Of a stretch of DNA of 63,574 bases, positions 56,260 to 63,574 are shown piece by piece. The stretch covers positions 1 through 63,574 of the IMG/VR virus record IMGVR_UViG_3300042400_001354; one strand, written 5' to 3'. The notes beneath the pieces were generated by a model. The model saw nothing but the letters and a program-made list of their open reading frames with translations, was not told where the DNA came from and ran no database searches. A program made the position numbers and the translations under genes. Within the stretch, counting starts at the first letter, position 1. Each line of letters starts with the position of its first letter. The stretch comes from a virus (Duplodnaviria; Caudoviricetes).

Positions 56260-57972
56260 TTAATAATAGAATGAAGTTGATTCAACTATTTCCCATAAAT
56301 CTCCATCTTCTAGAGTAAATTTATCCATTAAAGGGTTGCTAAATTGTGGCATAGGCGGAATATCATATTCTTCTTCTTTTGCATAATTATTTTCTATTTG
56401 TAATCTTTTTCTTATATCAGTAGAAGATAATTCGATAAACAATTTTTGAGTTGTTAACCAAGAAAAAATGACTAAAGTCATTGCTAAATCATCATTTGCT
56501 CCTTCTTCAGCTGCAAATGAATTATTTGTGGCAATAAATCTAGTTAATTCATAAATTGTGTCACCAGAATTGAGTTGTAATTTGTCTGTTTCAATTAAAG
56601 TTTTTAATGTGGTGCAACCAACACGTTTCACTAATGGACTCATATTTACGCCATTTTGTGTTGCTTTACCGCTTTCGCTTATTTGTTGAGCTTTTTTGTT
56701 TCCTGCATATACTTTTAATACGTTTTCGTATTCTAAATCTTGGTATAATGTGTCTGCAACTGTTGGGTTGTTATTGATTTCGATTAATACGTGGGCATTA
56801 TTATAATATTCAGCGCATAATTTAATAATATCAGGAAATAACATTGGATGTAGTTGATTATTCCGATATGTTGCTGCTTGTTTGTATGGAATTGTGGAAA
56901 CATCAAAAATAGAAAACGCTGCATAATCTAAATTTTTTCCTTCAGATACATCAACAGTCATTACATAAATGTGATCTTTATCTATTTGTTTTTTTGTTTC
57001 CTCATCCCATGACTCTTTTATCGGTGGGATAAATATATCCATTTCGTTGGGAATAGTCATTCCATTAAAAATTACATCATCTGTATCTAAAGGGTCTATG
57101 GCAACAAGAGTTTGTAATTTTGATCCATCAATAAGGGTATTGGTTGAACCGAGAAATTCACATCCAAATTCTTGATTAAATTGTCGTTGCGAAGTATTAC
57201 GAATGGTTTTTTCTTTCCATTCTTCATCACGACCTGGAACTCTAGACCAATGAATGTCAACTGCAAAATAATCACTTTTTTTGTTAATAGCATCCATCCA
57301 CATTTTGTAGTATAAATTCATACCACGAGGAGTAGAAACAATAATAATTTTTGTTGTTTTACCTGATGAAATTACAGGATACGTTGATGTAAAAAATTCT
57401 TCAGCTAAATTGTTATGTACGTGAGCAAACTCGTCCATAAATACCAAATTAAATGAACCTCCACGAACAGAACTTGCTGCAGTAGAAGCTGCTAATAATT
57501 TTGAGCCATTTTCTAATTCTACTGATCCTTTATTCCAGATAATAACGCCTTGTTGTAGCCACATAGGTAAATTTTCATATGCCAATTGATATCTAGATAG
57601 AATATCAACAGCTAAAGATTTTTTATTAGCTGTTATAGCAATACTATATCGTTCAGTAAATAACGATAACCACAATAAATACCCAACAGATGTTGTTGTT
57701 TTACCGGACTGACGTCCAATCCTAACGATTGAGAATCTATTTTCATGAAATGCGCGAACCATTTCTTCTTGATAGTCGTGCATATCAAACAATACAAGAC
57801 CTTCATCAAGATTAATAATTTTTACATAATTTCTAATAAAATAAATAGGATCAATAATACATTTTTTAATTTCGTCTCGTTGCCATTGTTCGTATTCCCA
57901 ATTTTCAATACCATTTCTTCTTAAATTAGGATTATCTCTATAATATAATTTCCCTTCTTCAAAATCTAACAT
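56260..57972 (-). CDS. gp17: terminase large subunit
   Basis: RQSGKTT, MDEFAH, STPRG, DVSEG, DDLAM. Confidence 0.97.
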   Translation of the reverse strand: MLDFEEGKLYYRDNPNLRRNGIENWEYEQWQRDEIKKCIIDPIYFIRNYVKIINLDEGLVLFDMHDYQEEMVRAFHENRFSIVRIGRQSGKTTTSVGYLLWLSLFTERYSIAITANKKSLAVDILSRYQLAYENLPMWLQQGVIIWNKGSVELENGSKLLAASTAASSVRGGSFNLVFMDEFAHVHNNLAEEFFTSTYPVISSGKTTKIIIVSTPRGMNLYYKMWMDAINKKSDYFAVDIHWSRVPGRDEEWKEKTIRNTSQRQFNQEFGCEFLGSTNTLIDGSKLQTLVAIDPLDTDDVIFNGMTIPNEMDIFIPPIKESWDEETKKQIDKDHIYVMTVDVSEGKNLDYAAFSIFDVSTIPYKQAATYRNNQLHPMLFPDIIKLCAEYYNNAHVLIEINNNPTVADTLYQDLEYENVLKVYAGNKKAQQISESGKATQNGVNMSPLVKRVGCTTLKTLIETDKLQLNSGDTIYELTRFIATNNSFAAEEGANDDLAMTLVIFSWLTTQKLFIELSSTDIRKRLQIENNYAKEEEYDIPPMPQFSNPLMDKFTLEDGDLWEIVESTSFYY

Positions 57973-58406
57973 TATTGATTTATTTCATCCTTTATAGATT
58001 TTATGAAATCTTTACCTGACCCAACAAAAACAGCATTTTTAATATTCTGGGTTAAATTTTCTTTTTTACCTGTAATATCTCGCATTTTCTTTTGAATATC
58101 TAACAATTCTTTATTAGCATCAACCATAGTTTTAATCATATTGCCTGCAACTTCGAAGTCTCGAGCTTTCTCGCTCTGTCTGGCGATGGCAAGCATATCA
58201 TCAATAGCTTCTGTTCCCTTTGCAATTAACGAGTCTATACTTTCTCTGGTGCGCTCGTAGTCAGATTTTAAATCTACATCTAATAAAGTAGACAATTCAT
58301 GAGAGGAAATTTCTGCAGGTAAAAATTCCGCAAACTTAGTTTCTTCTTCAATCACCGATGGTGGGACATTAAATAAATTTTCCATCGTTTTATTAAATTT
58401 ACTCAT
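57972..58406 (-). CDS. gp16: terminase small subunit
   Basis: DYE.TR, AR.FEV, NAVFVGS; upstream of gp17. Confidence 0.9.
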   Translation of the reverse strand: MSKFNKTMENLFNVPPSVIEEETKFAEFLPAEISSHELSTLLDVDLKSDYERTRESIDSLIAKGTEAIDDMLAIARQSEKARDFEVAGNMIKTMVDANKELLDIQKKMRDITGKKENLTQNIKNAVFVGSGKDFIKSIKDEINQ

Positions 58407-58409
58407 AAT

Positions 58410-59393
58410 TTATTCTGTGTAGTCGTTTATTTGTATATTATAATCAAATATTGTTACTGGGTAAGTATTCGGTGTTGGTGTTATTGTAGTACAATATGCA
58501 CGACCTGAATTTGGTAATTGTTTAACAATATATTCTGCTGTTTTAGATACATTAAATAGTTTTGTGTTAGATTTTATTGTGCCACCTTTAATATTTAATT
58601 TTAATACTCTAGTGTTCGGATTCCACGATTTTACTGTGGCAGTCGCTGTTGCTCTGTTGTAGGAAACTCCTTGGAATACCGCTTCATTTTCAAAAAATGT
58701 TCCAGTTCCATTTGCAGCTAATGTGTATTCTTGTCCTGAATTTGGAATGGAAATATTTGTTTCTGCTTGGAGAATTGGTTTATAATATTTTGGTGGTTGG
58801 TAAATAAAACTTCTTGCAGTAAAAGTTAATGTTCTGAATACAGATCTAACTGGTTCATCAAACGATCCACTTGACTCATTTTCTAACGAATCTCCAGTAA
58901 ATGTTATGGGAATATTTTTTACGACACTTAATTCTGGAACCAAATTAATTTTTATATTGTAATCTGGATAAAAAAATGGTAAAATATATTCCATTATTTG
59001 GTTTGCGTCTTCAATATTTCTTGTGTATAACACAAGTTCAAAATTAAAATTATATGGTACTGGAGAATTTGTATATGCGCTACCATTAGATCCACAAGCA
59101 ATAATTTTATTTGCTTGATTAGTTCGTCTTGATGGATCGTAAACTACGTCTAATAACCCATATTCAATTCTAGGTAAAGTTATTTGTACTTTTTCATGAG
59201 GAATATCTAACCTTTTTACATATTTTTCTTTGTCCCCGTAAATAATAGGAACTTTTATACGTTCTAATTCCACACCATTTTCATCATATTTTATAAATGG
59301 TATATCTTTAAATAAACTAGCGAACGCAACTGTTGTTTTTCTTATTGCTTGTAATCTATTATTTAATGGCGGTAAATCTGTTGATGGATACAT
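58410..59393 (-). CDS. gp15: tail sheath stabilizer/terminator
   Basis: AFASLF, KVPIIYG.KEK, LPRI, ILPFF.P. Confidence 0.9.
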   Translation of the reverse strand: MYPSTDLPPLNNRLQAIRKTTVAFASLFKDIPFIKYDENGVELERIKVPIIYGDKEKYVKRLDIPHEKVQITLPRIEYGLLDVVYDPSRRTNQANKIIACGSNGSAYTNSPVPYNFNFELVLYTRNIEDANQIMEYILPFFYPDYNIKINLVPELSVVKNIPITFTGDSLENESSGSFDEPVRSVFRTLTFTARSFIYQPPKYYKPILQAETNISIPNSGQEYTLAANGTGTFFENEAVFQGVSYNRATATATVKSWNPNTRVLKLNIKGGTIKSNTKLFNVSKTAEYIVKQLPNSGRAYCTTITPTPNTYPVTIFDYNIQINDYTE

Positions 59394-59401
59394 GTGTTTC
59401 C

Positions 59402-60274
59402 TTAATAATAAGATAGACTTCCAAATGGATTATCAGATTTATCTGTAATTTGTATAACCTCATCTAATATAGGTAAATTGTCGAATTGAGTAGAATGTAA
59501 TCTATTATCAACTACAGATAATGTATAAGAAGAATTACTTAATTCTCCATTAATATTCAAAATCGATGTATTTGAGAATATTCCTGATACATTTATAACT
59601 GTTAGTATTGTATTGGCAGAATCCCATCCTACAACTTCGGCAGCAGCAATATGGCTATTTGGTGTCCCTTGATACACCAATTCGCCGATAATGTAATTTC
59701 CAGATCCATCTTGAATGTCCAATGTAGTTTTTATTGATTCAATAACTTCTATTTGATCAATTTCATCAATACCTGTATCTAAACTTTCGTCATTATACTT
59801 AAATGGTTCGAGAGATAATTCATAATAAAATGGTCTAATTCTACCAAGTGTGTATAAATCTTTTGATGTATTTACAAATTTTATTTCAAACAATTCTCCT
59901 GTATCTTTCATAAAAGGGATAAAAATTAAATCGCCTTCTTTTGGTCTATCAAATTGTTTTTTTGTTTGTTTCATAAATTCACGAAATGTGAATTGTATTT
60001 TTATTTGATTTCTGACTTCTAACCCAAATTTAGAAAAAAAATCTTGCTCGTCACCATAATCCATTGTATTTACTAGATATGTATCTAATTTATATGCATC
60101 ATCAAAATGTTTTAGGGGGTCATCGCCGTAAATGAGATCCCTTGCCGCAACATTAGTATTTGGAATATAATAACCAGAAAATCCTTGTATTCCAATAGCT
60201 TCATTATAGAGATCTTCTACTAAATTTATCTCTATAGCAGGTTTCCCGTAATTTTGAAAATACTTGCTTGGCAT
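59402..60274 (-). CDS. gp14: neck protein
   Basis: FSKFGLE, RPKEGDLI, LFEIKFV, NPFG. Confidence 0.92.
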   Translation of the reverse strand: MPSKYFQNYGKPAIEINLVEDLYNEAIGIQGFSGYYIPNTNVAARDLIYGDDPLKHFDDAYKLDTYLVNTMDYGDEQDFFSKFGLEVRNQIKIQFTFREFMKQTKKQFDRPKEGDLIFIPFMKDTGELFEIKFVNTSKDLYTLGRIRPFYYELSLEPFKYNDESLDTGIDEIDQIEVIESIKTTLDIQDGSGNYIIGELVYQGTPNSHIAAAEVVGWDSANTILTVINVSGIFSNTSILNINGELSNSSYTLSVVDNRLHSTQFDNLPILDEVIQITDKSDNPFGSLSYY

Positions 60275-60278
60275 AAAA

Positions 60279-61025
60279 TTAACCCATCATAAATTGAACA
60301 GGCAATTCGTATCTATCTTGCATCTCAGCTTCTAATTTTTGTATTTCTGCATCAGCTTCGTCAAATGTTTCTTTTCCATTCAAAGTCAATCCTCCAGGAA
60401 GTTGAATTCCTCCAAATTTTTTCATATTTTCTCCCCATTGACGTTTAAATAAAGATGTTGTATACTGCTTCAACCAACGATCATTATACACATTTTCATA
60501 TGTTTCAGGATCAATTACTTTATACCCTTCAGCAACAACAGTCATCCCAACTGGAGCTTGAATAGATCCCCACGCCCAATCTGGATACAATTTATGTGTG
60601 TGCCTTTGAAATCTTATTGGAATTTCCCCTGTAAACATTAATTCTAAATTCCTCAAATGGGTCATTGTTATATTAAAATTTGAGTATGACGTTGATGTGA
60701 AATCATACAATTCGTGTAAACGTAATTGATATCTCAAATCAAACATATTATTTTTTGTTATTGTATCATTGAGCGGGAAAATTCTTGTTATACCTAAAAT
60801 TCCTGCGTCAATTTTAAAGTATTTTTGGTCAACATCTTCTTGAGTTATAACATGTTGCCAATAAAATAATTCTGTTGCGTCGTAATGGTAATCTTGATAA
60901 TATTGTAACGCATCATCAATTCTATCCTCTAGTTGGTCTTCATCAACATTGATTGTTATTACTGGAGCACCTAATCTTCTCAAACAATAATCCTTTAATT
61001 CGTCCCTTGATGTTACGTCAGCCAT
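60279..61025 (-). CDS. gp13: neck protein
   Basis: LRRLGAPVI.INV, WLKQY, KFGGIQLPGG.TLNG. Confidence 0.95.
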   Translation of the reverse strand: MADVTSRDELKDYCLRRLGAPVITINVDEDQLEDRIDDALQYYQDYHYDATELFYWQHVITQEDVDQKYFKIDAGILGITRIFPLNDTITKNNMFDLRYQLRLHELYDFTSTSYSNFNITMTHLRNLELMFTGEIPIRFQRHTHKLYPDWAWGSIQAPVGMTVVAEGYKVIDPETYENVYNDRWLKQYTTSLFKRQWGENMKKFGGIQLPGGLTLNGKETFDEADAEIQKLEAEMQDRYELPVQFMMG

Positions 61026-61027
61026 TA

Positions 61028-63574
61028 TTAATCCTTATTTTTTAGTTGGTCTATTTCTTGTTTTAATTCTTTTATTGCTTCAATTAAATACCCAATAATA
61101 CCATTATAATTTACACTCTGTAAACCATTTTCATCTGAGTCTACAAGATGAGGTAAAATTAATCCTAAATCTTGAGCAATAATACCTGATGATTTTTTAG
61201 TAGTGTCTTTCCAAGAAAATTCAACACCTTGTAAATTTAAAATTGTTTCTAAACTATTGTTAATTTGTGTAATATTATATTTTTGTGATTTATCTGATAA
61301 AGAATTAAATATTACTGAATTTAGTGTTCCAGTACTAGGATTAAAATATAATTTAGAATTAGAAATATATGCTGTTGTCCACGAACCAGAAATACCTGAA
61401 GACATACCCAAATAATATGATGCATTAGTGGATGTATCATTATTTAAAGTTGCACCTGACGAATACGAACCCCAAGTTCCATCACCTAATAAAACTGTAC
61501 TTGAGTTGGCAAATCCAGTTCCAAGTCTTGCAGTTGGAATTATACCTGTTGATATATTATATGCATTAGAACAATAATTTATTACATACGAATTTGCATT
61601 AGCAATATTAGAGTTTAAAGTTGTTGTATTTGAGCCAACTACTGTATTGGTATAAGTTTTTAAACTGATGTTATTAGCATCTACAACTGTATTGGTATAA
61701 GTTTTTAAAATTGTATTATTTGAACCAACTACTGTATTTGTATAATTTAAATTAAATGAATTTGCATTAGCAATATTAGAGTTTAAAGTTGTTGTATTTG
61801 ACCCAACTACTGTATTGGTATAAGTTTTTAAACTTGTATTATTTGAACCAACTACTGTATTAGTGTAATTTAAATTAAAAGAATTTGCATTAGCAATATT
61901 AGAGTTTAAAGTTGTTGTATTTGAACCAACTACTGTATTGGTATAAGTTTTTAAACTGATGTTATTAGCGTCTACAACTGTATTTGTATAATTTAAATTA
62001 AAAGAATTTGCATTAGCAATATTAGAGTTTAAAGTTGTTGTATTTGAACCAACTACTGTATTTGTATAAGTTTTTAAACTGATGTTATTAGCATCTACAA
62101 CTGTATTTGTATAATTTATCACATACGAATTTGCATTAGCAATATTAGAGTTTAAAGTTGTTGTATTTGAGCCAACTACTGTATTGGTATAAGTTTTTAA
62201 ACTTGTATTATTTGAACCAACTACTGTATTAGTGTAATTTAAATTAAAAGAATTTGCATTAGCAATATTAGAGTTTAAAGTTGTTGTATTTGAGCCAACT
62301 ACTGTATTGGTATAAGTTTTTAAACTTGTATTATTTGAACCAACTACTGTATTAGTGTAATTTAAATTAAAAGAATTTGCATTAGCAATATTAGAGTTTA
62401 AAGTTGTTGTATTTGACCCAACTACTGTATTGGTATAATTTAAATTAAAAGAATTTGCATTAGCAATATTAGAGTTTAAAGTTGTTGTATTTGAACCAAC
62501 TACTGTATTGGTATAAGTTTTTAAACTGATGTTATTAGCGTCTACAACTGTATTAGTGTAATTTAAATTAAAAGAATTTGCATTAGCAATATTAGAGTTT
62601 AAAGTTGTTGTATTTGAGCCAACTACTGTATTTGTATAATTTAAATTAAATGAATTTGCATTAGCAATATTAGAGTTTAAAGTTGTTGTATTTGAGCCAA
62701 CTACTGTATTAGTGTAATTTAAATTAAAAGAATTTGCATTAGCAATTTGATCATAAGTTATTTTTACGCTATTTGGGGTTGCTGCTGTTGTTGTGCTGGT
62801 GTTAGAAACACTATCTGTTAATTGTACTATACCAGAACGAGTTGTACTAGCAGAATTGGCTGTTAATGTTTTTGCTACTGCCCCATTAAACGAATCAACA
62901 TTAAACCCATTACCAAATGTTAAGGAGTTAAACGTATTCGCTTGAATAGTAATATTGGAGCTACCATTAAAACTTGTTCCATTTATAAGCCTAGAGGTTT
63001 GCAATATACTTGATGTATTAGCATTTCCATACACATCACCTATTACTGCGCCAACTCTTATATTATCATAAATTGCATTGGTAAAATTTATGATATTATT
63101 TGCAGGTACAACAGCAACATTAGAAAATAATTTCCACACACTATCCGTAACATCACGAACCAATCCAGTATGTTGATATGTACCAGATGTAAAATTACCA
63201 ACAAAACCAATATCATTTATATTAGCTGGATTATTATTTGCAAGATATATTAAAGAATCGTTAATAACTAAATTGGTTGTATTAACTGTTGTTGTTAAGC
63301 CGCCTACGAATAAATTTCCACTGACGTTCAAGTCTTGTGAAATTGAAACAGATCCTGAAATAGTTCCTCCTGAAGAGGAATATTTTGTGTTTGATGCGGC
63401 AAAAACTGAATTAGCTGTATTAAATGCCAAATTAGCTACAGTTGATCCTGAATTAGCTGTATTAAATGCCAAATTAGCTACAGTTGATCCTGAATTAGCT
63501 GTATTAAATGCCAAATTAGCTACAGTTGATCCTGAATTAGCTGTATTAAATGCCAAATTAGCTACAGTTGATCC
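61028..63574 (-). CDS. repeat-rich trimeric fibre with C-terminal S74-type intramolecular chaperone; 5' end beyond window
   Basis: Frame open to window edge; ASTT..GIVQL fibre repeat; SDKSQK, GIIAQDL, VNYNG...LIEAIKEL. Confidence 0.85.
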   Translation of the reverse strand, partial: GSTVANLAFNTANSGSTVANLAFNTANSGSTVANLAFNTANSGSTVANLAFNTANSVFAASNTKYSSSGGTISGSVSISQDLNVSGNLFVGGLTTTVNTTNLVINDSLIYLANNNPANINDIGFVGNFTSGTYQHTGLVRDVTDSVWKLFSNVAVVPANNIINFTNAIYDNIRVGAVIGDVYGNANTSSILQTSRLINGTSFNGSSNITIQANTFNSLTFGNGFNVDSFNGAVAKTLTANSASTTRSGIVQLTDSVSNTSTTTAATPNSVKITYDQIANANSFNLNYTNTVVGSNTTTLNSNIANANSFNLNYTNTVVGSNTTTLNSNIANANSFNLNYTNTVVDANNISLKTYTNTVVGSNTTTLNSNIANANSFNLNYTNTVVGSNTTTLNSNIANANSFNLNYTNTVVGSNNTSLKTYTNTVVGSNTTTLNSNIANANSFNLNYTNTVVGSNNTSLKTYTNTVVGSNTTTLNSNIANANSYVINYTNTVVDANNISLKTYTNTVVGSNTTTLNSNIANANSFNLNYTNTVVDANNISLKTYTNTVVGSNTTTLNSNIANANSFNLNYTNTVVGSNNTSLKTYTNTVVGSNTTTLNSNIANANSFNLNYTNTVVGSNNTILKTYTNTVVDANNISLKTYTNTVVGSNTTTLNSNIANANSYVINYCSNAYNISTGIIPTARLGTGFANSSTVLLGDGTWGSYSSGATLNNDTSTNASYYLGMSSGISGSWTTAYISNSKLYFNPSTGTLNSVIFNSLSDKSQKYNITQINNSLETILNLQGVEFSWKDTTKKSSGIIAQDLGLILPHLVDSDENGLQSVNYNGIIGYLIEAIKELKQEIDQLKNKD
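61576..62750 (-). repeat. modular in-frame repeat array (78-bp and 45-bp units)
   Basis: NTVVGSNTTTLNSNIANANSFNLNYT interleaved with NTVVGSNNTSLKTYT / NTVVDANNISLKTYT. Confidence 0.95.
63408..63574 (-). repeat. 42-bp tandem repeat, four copies to window edge
   Basis: GAATTAGCTGTATTAAATGCCAAATTAGCTACAGTTGATCCT at 63408, 63450, 63492, 63534. Confidence 0.95.

Noticed and set aside
1395-57972. Introns or inteins in nrdA, nrdB, gp41, gp43, gp17
   Set aside because: ORFs are continuous and of normal or short length, with no splice motifs seen
2519-61415. Short antisense or nested ORFs (e.g. 2610+, 7243+, 13107+, 45474+, 49816+, 55574+)
   Set aside because: They overlap well-supported genes and show no motifs
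61576-63574. Repeat arrays as CRISPR or DGR template/variable repeats
   Set aside because: Units are in-frame codon multiples with no unique spacers, and there is no cas or reverse transcriptase gene in the window
1-63574. Alternative genetic code or suppressor tRNA
   Set aside because: Core genes are full length in code 11, TAA/TAG/TGA all end genes, and the TAG/TAA/TGA anticodons are ordinary Leu/Leu/Ser

Overview
Strongly AT-rich segment of a large T4-like myovirus genome with the cyanophage/'exo-T-even' gene order. Almost everything is on the minus strand. Read from the right: a repeat-rich fibre gene (truncated at the edge), gp13-gp23, gp3, uvsY/uvsW, gp55/47/46, 15 tRNA or tRNA-like genes in three blocks, gp45/44/62/regA/hsp20/gp43/uvsX/gp41, an ~8 kb glycan-biosynthesis island, a late operon of probable head-packaged proteins, primase, thyX, mazG, nrdB/nrdA and galE. 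There are two free-standing GIY-YIG endonucleases. The only real plus-strand unit is a TET/JBP-type 2OG-Fe(II) dioxygenase plus GT-B glycosyltransferase cassette. Both proteins end in the same S-[LI]-x-x-F-F tail as the DNA polymerase, suggesting sliding-clamp-tethered DNA hypermodification. Other highlights: a late operon encoding a KxDG ligase-like enzyme, an HxGH-like nucleotidyltransferase and a P-loop kinase, in which several proteins carry capsid-targeting-like N-termini (candidate injected RNA/nucleotide repair system); a catalytically dead peptide deformylase; a tRNA-Asn locked in a 20-bp inverted repeat; a tRNA-Ala with a mismatched 3' end; a ROSE-like thermometer on hsp20; and a phage-specific ATAG-extended sigma70 promoter class. 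All calls come from reading motifs by eye, with no database searches.
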